Made by a program: the position numbers and the translations under genes. DNA of 64,000 bases from Candidatus Poribacteria bacterium. Lineage in GTDB: Bacteria > Poribacteria > WGA-4E > PCPOR2b. The notes beneath the pieces are model-generated. The model worked only from the letters and a program-made list of their open reading frames with translations, was not told the origin of the DNA and did no database searches. The stretch covers positions 2,624,001 to 2,688,000 of the forward strand of contig OZ240245.1 of assembly GCA_965198175.1 (NCBI GenBank), read 5' to 3'. Within the stretch, counting starts at the first letter, position 1. The number at the start of each line of letters is the position of its first letter. Positions 10,624 to 20,784 of the stretch are shown in pieces.

Positions 10624-12215
10624 TTGAAGATAAGGCTTGCCATAAACCACGCCATATTATTGACCGCCTGTATCAAGGCACAGCCATTCCGGCAGAGAAT
10701 CCGATACCGCCTACACTCTGGAGTTACGACGATACTATTGAAGATTACGAACACAATCCGGAACTGGCGAAGCAACTTCTCGTTGAGGCGGGCTTTCCCG
10801 ACGGGTTTGAGACAACACTCTGGGCATTGCCGGTCCCGCGTCCGTACATTCCAGACGGAATGGCGCTTGCAGAAGCGCTCCAATCCGACCTCCGGGAGGT
10901 TGGGGTCGAGACGACAATCGTAACTTACGACTGGGGGACATACCTTGAGAAGACCGAAAATGGCGAGCATGATATGGCGATGTTAGGGTGGATTGTCTCC
11001 GATGGCGATCCGGACAGCTTTTTCTACTATCTGTTGAGCAAGACTTACGCTGAGAAGCCCGCGTTTAATATCGCCTTCTATCGGAGCGATGAGATGCAGG
11101 ATGTCCTAGATCGAGCCAGAATCAGCACTGATCGCGCGGAACGAACTGAACTTTACCGGCAAGCACAAGCGATATTCCACAGAGACGCGCCGTGGGTGCC
11201 TTTGGCACATGCACAACGGCTATTGGTTGTCGACAGGAGGGTAAAGAATCTTAGGCTTGCGCCAACAGGATGGAAGTACCTTCGTAATTTATTGCTAGCA
11301 GAAGAAGATAGGGCCTCCGTTTACATCGCGTCCCTAACTCAGGGGCTCAACATGCTCTCCGTTCCTCTGAAACCCGACACACCAATAAACGCTCGGTCAT
11401 TGGCAGATATGGTCGGTGCAACAGCGGTCATTACCCTCGACGCCGTCAACCAACGATTTGTCGGTTGGACGCCCGAGGCACCCGACGACGGATTTGCAAT
11501 TGAAGGCGCAAAAGGTTACATCGTCAACCTCTCATAAGCCCAAGAGGTCTCCTTTGTTGGGACGGCGTGGACAAATTATCCAAAAGTCGCAGCAGCGCCG
11601 AACCCAACGTTGGACACCGACACTTGGGCGTTCGTTGTCAGCGGGCACTTAGAAAGCAATCGAAACCTTGACGGTTATTTCGTCACGGTACGAAACTTGA
11701 CGACGGGTAACATCATGGCAGGTCGTATTCGAGATGGCTACTTCGCCGCAGCCACCGCGAATCTCGCTCGCCAGAGCGTGGTACACGCTGGCGATGCCTT
11801 AGAAGTTACCGTTACTGACACAACGGGTGAAATGGCATCGGAGACTTTCACTTTCGCGGTAACACCCGATGCCCTCCTAAACGCGGTACTGCCGGTAATA
11901 CTTGATAGCGTTGGGGTACCGAAGGAGAGCGTTTTGTTACAGAACTATCCGAACCCGTTCAACCTTGAGACGTGGATTCTGTATCATCTTTCAGAGGCGG
12001 GTGATGTGACGGTATCAATATACGATGCGACTGGGAATCGGATACGGACGATGTCGTTAGGGTTCCAGCCAGAGGGTTACTATCATAGCCGTTCTCGTGC
12101 CGCCTATTGGGACGGTCGAAACAACTTGGGCGAGCAGGTACCGAGTGGAATCTACTGCTATCACCTGTCCGCCGTCGATTATTCCGCTACGCGAAGGATG
12201 GCGATTGTCAAGTAG
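10624..12215 (+). pseudogene. Degraded DppA-like peptide-binding protein fused to a FlgD/T9SS-type C-terminal domain
   Basis: The 5' half is missing. The 'KIRLAINHAI' motif is out of frame with the following 'IIDRLYQG...AKQLLVEAGFPDGF' SBP_bac_5 sequence. An in-frame TAA at 11535-11537 interrupts an otherwise continuous frame that ends in LLQNYPNPFNLETWI...YWDGRNNLGE...RRMAIVK. Confidence 0.75.
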
Positions 12216-12239
12216 CACATCACGGTTTGGAGTGGCAAG

Positions 12240-12728
12240 TCAACCACCTAGCTTGACTCGTGCCCAGAGCATTAGGCGCTTTGCTTTTGGGCGGACAGAC
12301 GAAGTTTTTTCGACGGGGTGCCCCGCCTGCTGCCATGCGTAAAAACCACCCAATAGCACCGCCACATTCTCCCTCTTGAAGCCGAATTTATCAATTAGCG
12401 TACGTGCCGCACGGACACTTGTGGCTTCAGCCGGTCAGCTTCAGTATAGAACGAGCAGCGGATGCTGCTTGAGTTCCTGATGCCTCTCAGGTATATCGGA
12501 AATCGGCATGGAGATGGCCTTTGGAAGATGACCGTTATCGAAAGCTCCTTTGATACGGACATCCACAATCGCCACCTCATCCCCTGCATCCAATCGAGCT
12601 TTGAGATCGGCGACCGTAATCCGCTGCACATCCTTAGGAGGCGCTTGAGCGAAAGATAGCGTCGCGAAAGACGACTGAAGGAGAAGGAAGGTCGAAAAGA
12701 CAAATATACACCTGTTCGTTCGTTTCAT
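12240..12728 (-). CDS. Exported rhodanese-domain protein, probable di-selenocysteine (UxU) selenoprotein, 162 aa
   Basis: RBS GGAGA, ATG 12728, signal peptide, rhodanese motifs (IVDVR, GHLPKAISMP). Then TAC TGA AGC TGA CCG (Y-U-S-U-P), after which the frame continues with the rest of the domain (AEATSVRAARTL...LLGGFYAWQQAGHPVE) to TGA 12240-12242. Confidence 0.85.
12404..12418 (-). promoter_or_regulatory. Candidate bacterial SECIS hairpin
   Basis: GUG-U(bulge)-CC-[GUGC]-GG-CAC. The loop starts with GU, 23 nt after the second UGA and 29 nt after the first. Confidence 0.5.
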
Positions 12729-12797
12729 CGGTTTTTCTCCAATCTTGCATTTGTCATGAAGATGGTTTGCACACGTTGTCGCTTCCATCGGAGAATC

Positions 12798-12830
12798 CTC
12801 CCCCTTGCTAAGGGGGAGCTAGAGGGGGTC
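12798..12830. repeat. Short palindromic REP-like element
   Basis: CTCCCCCTTGCTAAGGGGGAGCTAGAGGGGGTC. A near-identical copy lies at 58397-58429, with related forms at ~32921-32951 and ~44991-45022. Confidence 0.75.
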
Positions 12831-13017
12831 GTGTGCATTGCACTCGTGCTAAATCCAACCGCTGGTCTGAATTTGGAAATCTAGACCAAGCGAGAAATAG
12901 TCAACAGTGTCCAGCATTTCCTTGACTAATACAGTTTTTCTCCAATCTTTGGGTACTTGTAATTTTAAGATGTTCATCCCTTCGGTGTCAAGTGGTTCTC
13001 TAGCGGCCGTGAATTCA

Positions 13018-14604
13018 TCAGCCACCCATCTCTCCAGTCATCAAGAGCCCGATTTTAGGTCGCTCATCTCGAAACTGTGTCGCATCCGTCAGTTTGCCGT
13101 CGTACATAACAAGGATTCGGTCGCTCAAAGCCAACACCTCGTCTAACTCTGTCGAGATGAGTAATACAGCGCGGTTATTCCGCCGCTGCTCAAGAAGTTG
13201 CTGCTGCACATAGTCCGCCGCACTGATATCCAGACCGCGCGTTGGATTGACCGCAAGAAGCAATTCCGGCGCTTGTGAGAGTTCCCGAGCAATGAGGACC
13301 TTCTGTTGATTCCCGCCCGATAAAGATTTGACTAATGTGTTCCGATCGGTCGTCCGCACGTCATATCGCCGGATTAGCTCATCGGCGTCGGCATTGATGC
13401 GTTTTCGATCCAAGAACGGGCTCCAGCCCTTGAGTGATTTTGAACCGTTCAATGGCTTGCGTCGATAGTTGCCGAGCTGCTGGATGTTGAGAATCAGGTT
13501 TTCCGCGATTGTGAAATTGAGAATAAGTCCAGCGGTCTGGCGATCCTCAGGGACATATCCATATTTCAGTAGGCGAATCTGATTTGACGGCAAGTTCGCT
13601 ACTGATCGCCCCTTGAAACAGATGCCGCCGCTACGTGACTTCCGCAGCCCCATTATCGCCTCTGCGAGTTCCATCTGTCCGTTGCCGTCAACACCGGCGA
13701 TTCCAACAATCTCACCCGCTCTCACCTCAAGTGAGCAACCATCAACAGCAATCTGAACTCGATGCCCAACGACAGTCAAGTCTCGGATTTGAAGATATGC
13801 GTCCCCCGAAACATGGGGTTCACGCTTAATCTGCGGCAGGTCATGCCCGACCATGTGCTGCGCCAGCGCACGCGGGGATGCATCTGCCACATCTGTCGTC
13901 ACGACCCGTTTGCCGCGTCGCAACACGGTGATTCGATCACTGATCTCCATGACCTCTTTGAGCTTGTGGCTGATGAAGATTGTCGAGTGCCCTTCGGTCT
14001 TGAGGCGGCGCAGGACAGAAAAGAGTTCGTTCGCTTCTTGGGGGGATAGCACAGCAGTCGGCTCGTCGAGGACTAGGATTCGCGACTTAGAGGAAGTGTT
14101 ACTCGCTGCCTCCCCCAGAACGGCAAGAGCTGGATTGACAAGCGCCTTGAGAATCTCGACACGTTGTTGCAGCCCCACCGACAATTGCCAAATTTTAGCG
14201 CGTGGATCGATCAAAAATCCGTAACGCTGGGAAAGTTCGTGCACCAGTTCCTCGACTACTCGCCGCCGTAAGCGGAATTTACCGCCTCTCAAACTATGCG
14301 CAATGTTTTCCGCAACGCTCAACGTGGGAACCAACGTAAAGTGTTGGTGTACCATGCCAATCCCGTGTGCGATTGCTGTGTTGGGCGAATCAATGAGGAC
14401 AGATTTTCCATCAATCCAAATCTCTCCTGCATCGGGTCGGCACAAGCCGAAAATTGCGTTCATGAGTGTCGACTTACCCGCTCCATTTTCACCCAGTACC
14501 GTATGAACCTCACCCCGGCGCAACGTAAAGTCCACCCGATCGACGGCGAGGTTCTTTCCAAATGCCTTGGTGATGCCGCGAAGCTCAAGAGCGAATGCTG
14601 TCAA
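13018..14604 (-). CDS. ABC transporter ATP-binding protein, sugar/nucleoside (CUT2) type with two ATPase domains
   Basis: GENGAGKST, HQHF, LSVGLQQRVEI, LDEPT, LSGGNQQK, NPTRGLD. TTG start. Confidence 0.93.
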   Translation of the reverse strand: MTAFALELRGITKAFGKNLAVDRVDFTLRRGEVHTVLGENGAGKSTLMNAIFGLCRPDAGEIWIDGKSVLIDSPNTAIAHGIGMVHQHFTLVPTLSVAENIAHSLRGGKFRLRRRVVEELVHELSQRYGFLIDPRAKIWQLSVGLQQRVEILKALVNPALAVLGEAASNTSSKSRILVLDEPTAVLSPQEANELFSVLRRLKTEGHSTIFISHKLKEVMEISDRITVLRRGKRVVTTDVADASPRALAQHMVGHDLPQIKREPHVSGDAYLQIRDLTVVGHRVQIAVDGCSLEVRAGEIVGIAGVDGNGQMELAEAIMGLRKSRSGGICFKGRSVANLPSNQIRLLKYGYVPEDRQTAGLILNFTIAENLILNIQQLGNYRRKPLNGSKSLKGWSPFLDRKRINADADELIRRYDVRTTDRNTLVKSLSGGNQQKVLIARELSQAPELLLAVNPTRGLDISAADYVQQQLLEQRRNNRAVLLISTELDEVLALSDRILVMYDGKLTDATQFRDERPKIGLLMTGEMGG

Positions 14605-14792
14605 CCTGAAGTTCTCCCCTTTAAAATTACGACTATGATCCCTAATCCCAGAGCTGTTTTCTTACGTCCAAGATTCTGCCTATGAGCCCAGATCTCGATT
14701 CAATCATACCAGACTTGGGTGTGGCTTCTAACAAAAAGTAAGCCTAAATGCCAGGGCAACTACATGTGTTTTTTGTGATTCACAACTCTCCA

Positions 14793-16805
14793 TTACGCAA
14801 CCACGAGCTTCATGTCCCAAGATTCGACAGCGGGCAAGACAAATTTGCGATACGGTCCATCCGCTCCACAATAGCGAATTAGAGTCTCAGCACAGCGCAT
14901 GTCGAACATGCTTATCTCCTTCAACGTTGTACGAAGCATGAGCGTGACATCCTCTGCCCGGTCGAGACATGAATTGGTGATCGCCAGTGCAAGTCCATTT
15001 TCTTCAGGTGTTCTGACCCACATATTAATCTTGTGAAAGGAACTAACATAAGCAGCAAGAGTATCCTTTGACAGCCAGCGCATTAGGTATTTGAGCTGAG
15101 ATGATTTCGAACCGTTCTGCAAAAACTTCCAGGGATAATACCCCGCAACACATATTCTTCCGCCTAGCTGGTTTTCGAATACGCCCATACAACAGGCAGC
15201 GACTTCCCGCCCGGTATAATCAACGATTCGCGCCAAGACCTCCGCATTTTCCCCGACCGGTTTAAGCACAGCAGCCGGGGACAGCCACACTAAGAACGAC
15301 TGCCTCGCATCTCGCCTGCGTCCAGCAAAACGCGCGTTGAGAAGATGATCCGTGAATTCTTCGATACAATCTTCATTCAGGAAACGCTCAACCTCAAAGC
15401 CGGTGAATTCGCCGTACCCCATTTCGTTTAGGCACATCAGGGCATCCGCGTCCATGTATACCCCCGAAGCTAGCATTTTTAACAGTTGCTCGTCTTTCAT
15501 AGCTAACACAGTGTCGCCGGACAGTGCGGTTACGCAAGCAAATTCGGGTGAATAGGCTGCGGGCAACCCAATTTCTAGCATTCCATCTGCATGGTACGCG
15601 CAGCTGCTTAAGATATTTCCGGCAAACCAATCGCCTTCCGCGATGTTGCTCGCCGCAAAAACATCCTTTCCCCAGCCGGTATAAATCCCCATCGGCTTTT
15701 CTCTTCTGAAATGCCTTACCAGTAGATCATAAAAAGTCCTTGTTTCCCAAAGTTTCGCTAAGAGCGGCTCGTATTCATCAAGCGGTTCATCATGTTGAGA
15801 TAACACATTGAAGGCAGCACCCGTACAACCTGCTGCGATATGCGACGCGGCTTCCAGCGCTGTCGTCGCCGCGCTTTTTTGCAGCCGTTGATACGGAAAG
15901 TTCTCTATCTCGGATTGTATTGACATTACGCTGTCTGGAAGCATCGAGACCTGTCTCCCAGCGTCATGGGACTTCCCGGCAAGCCCTCTCATGTTATCAT
16001 CGGAATAAAAGCCACCCCCCGGTCGCCACATTACTTCGGACTTGCTGTTGCCGGACAAAATTTCAGCCCACCGATGAAAGTCATACCCCTCAAGGAAGCG
16101 ATCTCCAGTCATAAACCCAAGTGGCAAATCAGGCTTCAAACGATGCACCGTGTGTTCTATCAATTCAAAGAGGCGGGCGATGGTATTACGATTATGTTGC
16201 AGCCACGCCATACGCACCTCCAGTTTTTGCTCGGTAGAACCGGTGTTAAAGGCATCTTTAAGTGTGCCCCTCGTATACTTGCCCCCAAACTCTTCTTCAA
16301 ATATGAGAAGACAATTATCACAAAAGCAGCCGTAACCGATGGGCATATGTCCAAATCGTACATCGTCGTCTATCCAGATATAGTCGGGCTGGGCGCCAGT
16401 TACGATTGTGTAAAGCTGCTTGATATAAGTTCTCATGCCTTCATCGTTGGGGCAAAATGACCCCCAGCAGATGTTGCCATTCATATCAGTCATGCGCGTA
16501 TAATCGGCAGAAAGAGAGTTCGGCAAATCTTCGTTGTGATGACCTATAGTAGCGAGGATGTTGATACCAGTTTTGTAGCCCATCGGTCGCAGTTGCGCCA
16601 TGCGTTCAGTCAGTATAGATACATGTTCCTCTATCGTCTCTAAAGCAAGTGGAACGTGAGTTTCCGAGGTAATGAATGTGACCTCATCGGTAAGTCCCTT
16701 GTACTTTTCAAATAACGCAACAAGCGCCCGAAAGCCTTTGTCCGATCCCCACTGGCTCTTACCTATCCTGAAGGAAACTATAGCGTTTTGAATTCCGTGT
16801 TTCAT
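14793..16805 (-). CDS. Hypothetical protein, possibly glycoside-hydrolase-like TIM barrel
   Basis: 670-aa ORF with a strong RBS (GAAGGGG) and FCP.../IWIDDDVR/CFCDNC pattern resembling GH42-like barrels. Function is inferred. Confidence 0.6.
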   Translation of the reverse strand: MKHGIQNAIVSFRIGKSQWGSDKGFRALVALFEKYKGLTDEVTFITSETHVPLALETIEEHVSILTERMAQLRPMGYKTGINILATIGHHNEDLPNSLSADYTRMTDMNGNICWGSFCPNDEGMRTYIKQLYTIVTGAQPDYIWIDDDVRFGHMPIGYGCFCDNCLLIFEEEFGGKYTRGTLKDAFNTGSTEQKLEVRMAWLQHNRNTIARLFELIEHTVHRLKPDLPLGFMTGDRFLEGYDFHRWAEILSGNSKSEVMWRPGGGFYSDDNMRGLAGKSHDAGRQVSMLPDSVMSIQSEIENFPYQRLQKSAATTALEAASHIAAGCTGAAFNVLSQHDEPLDEYEPLLAKLWETRTFYDLLVRHFRREKPMGIYTGWGKDVFAASNIAEGDWFAGNILSSCAYHADGMLEIGLPAAYSPEFACVTALSGDTVLAMKDEQLLKMLASGVYMDADALMCLNEMGYGEFTGFEVERFLNEDCIEEFTDHLLNARFAGRRRDARQSFLVWLSPAAVLKPVGENAEVLARIVDYTGREVAACCMGVFENQLGGRICVAGYYPWKFLQNGSKSSQLKYLMRWLSKDTLAAYVSSFHKINMWVRTPEENGLALAITNSCLDRAEDVTLMLRTTLKEISMFDMRCAETLIRYCGADGPYRKFVLPAVESWDMKLVVA

Positions 16806-17239
16806 ATCAACCCCTTCCTTTCATTCGATCTCCCCAAGAACGTGCCGAAACAGCACAAATCACAACTTTGTTAAGTATACCATATTTGTAATCGGCGCAC
16901 AGCGGCAACGCTGCGCCTGAAAGTTTACCTATAACCGTCCCGTACTCTGATATAGGCCAGCCGAATCAATAAAACACTTGACAAAAGAGGAGCAGATAGG
17001 TTATGTTTGAGATGAAGTTAGCCGTCGCCCCATTTCTTGCATGTTGGAGACGATGACGACTTCTTCCTGATGCGTCGTTAGTTTAAAATGGAGTAATTTT
17101 CGGAAAAAAACAGGAATTCTGATTTTTGACTGTAATCATCCGATTTTTTGTGGACGTTCTAACGACTAACTGTATCATCAAGGCGATACATCCGGTCGTT
17201 CCCGCGAAATCTGTTAATACGTGAGCAAGAAGACAGACA

Positions 17240-18247
17240 ATGTTGTTTCCGAATCGATTTAGTCAATTTTTCCTGTTTCTGATGGCGCCTTTCCTTCTGA
17301 TATCCGCCTGCGGCGATGATGGTGTCGATAGATATGGAGGAAATTTCGCTCCGAGGATCGTTATCTTTGAGGCAGAATCTGACATTGTTGAACCCGGGGC
17401 GCAAGTTCGCATTACACTTGATGCCCGCGACATTGAGGGGCATAAGCTCACCGTCAGCTGGGATGCAGCAGGGGGTGACATCAACGGTGATGCTTCCGGT
17501 GCCGCTTGGACCGCTCCAGAGCGGGAACGAAAATACCAGATCGAAGTCAAGGTTAGCGATGGAGAAAAATCAACAACAAGCACCATTGATATCCAAGTGT
17601 GGCGGACGCGCCCCGGTGATTACTACCCGCTCGCGGTCGGAAATGTATGGCGGTATCGTGATGGTGAAGGGAACACGGTGATTTTTGAGATTGTTGATAC
17701 CATCCAGATTCATCTGCAAGACAGCGAACCCATCAAGAGTTATGTGCTTGAAAAATATAGCACTGATGAAGATCTCGAAGGCATTAGCAACTTCTCCTAT
17801 CTTGGCAGACAGATTGACGAAAGTGGGAATTTCCAAGGGATTGTTCAGCATGCTCAAAATGTTACATCGGGCGGACCAGATACAATTCTCTTCGTTCCAT
17901 TCCTGCCGCTCTACAACTTTCCACTGATTCCGGGCAACAGATGGAGAACAAATTTTGAGGCAAGATTGACCGGCGAATTGTTTCCAATTGGTGGCGGGAA
18001 CGATCAATTTGAGGTCATATCTGAGGAAACGGTAACTGTTCCTGCGGGCACGTTTGAACACGTTTTTCAAGTGCAGGAGACGTTCAAGTGGAGCATTTTT
18101 GAGCAAGATCTAGATACAACAATCGCCCAGAAGTGGCTCGCACCGGACGTTGGTATTATTAAATTCACTCAATCTCAGACTCGTGCTGGTGTAACCGTTG
18201 AAGTCGGATTTGAGCTAGAATCCTTTGAATTGGCAACTGGTGACTGA
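17240..18247 (+). CDS. Lipoprotein with an Ig-like domain and a beta-rich C-terminal domain
   Basis: Lipobox LISAC; NFAPRI...WTAP...VKVSDG Ig-like pattern; YYPLAVGNVWRY, VTVPAGTF and WLAPDVGIIK motifs. Confidence 0.75.
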   Translation: MLFPNRFSQFFLFLMAPFLLISACGDDGVDRYGGNFAPRIVIFEAESDIVEPGAQVRITLDARDIEGHKLTVSWDAAGGDINGDASGAAWTAPERERKYQIEVKVSDGEKSTTSTIDIQVWRTRPGDYYPLAVGNVWRYRDGEGNTVIFEIVDTIQIHLQDSEPIKSYVLEKYSTDEDLEGISNFSYLGRQIDESGNFQGIVQHAQNVTSGGPDTILFVPFLPLYNFPLIPGNRWRTNFEARLTGELFPIGGGNDQFEVISEETVTVPAGTFEHVFQVQETFKWSIFEQDLDTTIAQKWLAPDVGIIKFTQSQTRAGVTVEVGFELESFELATGD

Positions 18248-18266
18248 AAAGAGAAGTGTTTTACTT

Positions 18267-19346
18267 ATGAAACATCCGTTTGAAGAATCAACAGACCATA
18301 AACTACGCGGTAAGCAACACGAACTGCGCTTAGTTCCGCGTCTCAGCATCATTATTATTTTGGTTACACTCTTGAGTTGCACAGTCGCCGAGTCGGCAAG
18401 CAAATATGCGGGCGATTTCTTGACACTCGGTGTGGGCGCCCGACCGCTGGGCATGGGCGGCAGCTTCGCTGCAATCGCTGACGATTCTACCGCGGCTTAC
18501 TGGAATCCTGCAGGACTTGGGAGCCTGCGCCACTCTGAAATCGCTTTTATGCACTCCAGCCTCGGTGAATTAGATAGCTACGATTTCGTTAACTACATTC
18601 ATCCAATCGGCACAAATGAATCCATCGGACTTAGCTGGTTGCGTGTCGGTATTGACGATATTCCCATTACGAGCTTACGAGTGGCTTCGCGATCCATAGG
18701 CCCAACCAATCGTCCCGAAATTAGAGGGACTTTTAGTAACACCAACAACGCTTTCTTACTTTCCTACGGGAGACGAACCGGGTTTAACCTATCGTCGAAG
18801 CGAATAGATTTACTCGTCGGCGGCAACGCCAAGCTAATCTACATTTCCGCATTAGCAAACAGAAATGCAATCGGTGTTGGAGGGGATGTCAGCCTCCTCT
18901 GGACAACGGATCTCCAACGCTCTAGTCGATTTTCGATCGGCGTTGTCGCGCAAGATTTCTTCAAGACGAAATTATACTGGAACAACCCGCCTGAACATCC
19001 GGATCAAGCCGCGAACACGGATACAATCAATCCCAATCTTAAGATCGGCGTTTCTTTCGGTCAAGACATCGTGCCATTGAATAGCCGCGTTTTGTTGGCA
19101 GCCGATACCGATAGCCTTTACGCTTTTGAGATGCACTTCGGCGCCGAGTACATCTTCGCGGACCTGCTCTCGCTTAGAATCGGCGTGCAAGAGCGCAACG
19201 GTGTGAATACTATCCGGCTGATAACAGCGGGCGCCGGATTCCGTCTATCTTTCTTGACAGGCGCAGCTTTTTCCGTTGATTATGCTTTTCTTGGCAACGA
19301 TGAACTCGGAAATAGCAATAGAATTTCCCTGATGACAAGGTTCTAG
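18267..19346 (+). CDS. PorV/PorQ (UPF0164)-family outer-membrane beta-barrel
   Basis: FLTLGVGARPLGMGG...DDSTAAYWNPAGL signature, C-terminal VDYAF and terminal Phe. Confidence 0.85.
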   Translation: MKHPFEESTDHKLRGKQHELRLVPRLSIIIILVTLLSCTVAESASKYAGDFLTLGVGARPLGMGGSFAAIADDSTAAYWNPAGLGSLRHSEIAFMHSSLGELDSYDFVNYIHPIGTNESIGLSWLRVGIDDIPITSLRVASRSIGPTNRPEIRGTFSNTNNAFLLSYGRRTGFNLSSKRIDLLVGGNAKLIYISALANRNAIGVGGDVSLLWTTDLQRSSRFSIGVVAQDFFKTKLYWNNPPEHPDQAANTDTINPNLKIGVSFGQDIVPLNSRVLLAADTDSLYAFEMHFGAEYIFADLLSLRIGVQERNGVNTIRLITAGAGFRLSFLTGAAFSVDYAFLGNDELGNSNRISLMTRF

Positions 19347-19467
19347 TGGAACGTAGCGAAGGTTTTTGGTCTCTTCTGTTCTCCCTGCGCGCGGGGGACG
19401 ACAGATTCCGGATTACCGTTCCGAACGGTAGTTCCTACGGTGGCAAGGTACACGGTTTTCGTCATAT

Positions 19468-20721
19468 TCACGGCTCAAGAAAATCGTCCAGCGTAAATCT
19501 AATCCGATTAAATCTGTGAGCCAACGCGATTACTCTGCGCTTCACATCTTCGAGATTGTACCCACGAAGCGCATTGAAAATGCAATCAGCAATCTCCGGC
19601 GCATCTGCCGGGGTCATACCATAACGTGTAACCTCCTGTACACCAATGCGTAATCCGTGCGTTCCTAATTCCGCAGGAATGTCGGCGGATCCAACGATGA
19701 TATGACACGCCTCAAGCTGCCCAGCTAATGCTTTTCCCTCACCAAATTCATCGACAATCGGGAGGAGCGTATGTGATTCTGTGTACCCAAGCGCTGCCCC
19801 CACAAGACGAAGTCCGCGTTCCTCCAAAGCTTTGCCCAACGCTTTGGCATTATCAATGATTGCAGTCGCCTGAGCGTCTCCGAAAGTCAGCCACTCCAGA
19901 AATGTTGCCGCAAGTGCAGGCAAGCGACCGAGGTGATGATTCGCTATCAGCAAGGGAGCTATCGCTGATCCAATTCGCTCTGCGATAGATTTATCGTTGG
20001 TCAAAATCATGCCGCCTTGCGGTCCAGCGAGGGTTTTATGCGTGCTGGTAACAACAACGTCCGCGCCCTCATTTAACGGAGATTGAAACCGCCCACCGGC
20101 AATCAATCCCATGACATGCGCAGCGTCATAAATCAGGTATGAATCCGGACTGTATTTGCGCATTGCCGCTTTAAGTTCCCGTACCGGTTGAGGAAAGAGA
20201 AACAGCGCAGACCCAATGATGACGAGTTTAGGACTATGCTGTTGGATGAGAGAGACCGTCCGATCGAGGTCGATGTTGTACGTAAGCCCATCCCAAGGAA
20301 TCGAGATGGATTGGAGCTCTACTTTCAAGAAAGAGGAAGCCAATTTGTGCGCATAACGATGTGCATTGTGAACTTCCAAGGCGCTATCGCCAGGGCTCCC
20401 CAGCGCAAATGCAGCTGCAATCCCAGCAATGTTCCCAGACAATGGACGCAGATCAACATATGCCGCGCCGAAAAGTTGCTTTGCCAATTCATGGGCTGCC
20501 TCCTCGATTTGCACGATAAAGCGATTTCCCCGGTACGCACGCTGGTGTAAGTCGATACCAGTATAGTAGCCGTAGCGGCGATTCAGTTCCTCGGAAAGTA
20601 ATCTCTCAACCAATGGGCTCGGCGTATTTTCAGACGCGATAAGATTCAGACAGTCGCTTCGAAATGCGCTGTGTTTCTCCAATAGAGATCCAATCTCGTG
20701 AACTTTGCTAACGAAATCCAT
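19468..20721 (-). CDS. glyA: Serine hydroxymethyltransferase-family PLP enzyme (divergent)
   Basis: LNLIASEN, YDAAHVMGLIAGG, STHKTLAGPQGG (PLP lysine), GLRIG. The usual GGHLxHG segment is missing. Confidence 0.7.
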   Translation of the reverse strand: MDFVSKVHEIGSLLEKHSAFRSDCLNLIASENTPSPLVERLLSEELNRRYGYYTGIDLHQRAYRGNRFIVQIEEAAHELAKQLFGAAYVDLRPLSGNIAGIAAAFALGSPGDSALEVHNAHRYAHKLASSFLKVELQSISIPWDGLTYNIDLDRTVSLIQQHSPKLVIIGSALFLFPQPVRELKAAMRKYSPDSYLIYDAAHVMGLIAGGRFQSPLNEGADVVVTSTHKTLAGPQGGMILTNDKSIAERIGSAIAPLLIANHHLGRLPALAATFLEWLTFGDAQATAIIDNAKALGKALEERGLRLVGAALGYTESHTLLPIVDEFGEGKALAGQLEACHIIVGSADIPAELGTHGLRIGVQEVTRYGMTPADAPEIADCIFNALRGYNLEDVKRRVIALAHRFNRIRFTLDDFLEP

Positions 20722-20784
20722 AGAACTTCCTTAGTCCGCAGAGCGTTGTGTAATCTGAATTCATCAGAAGATAGACATCGCGCT

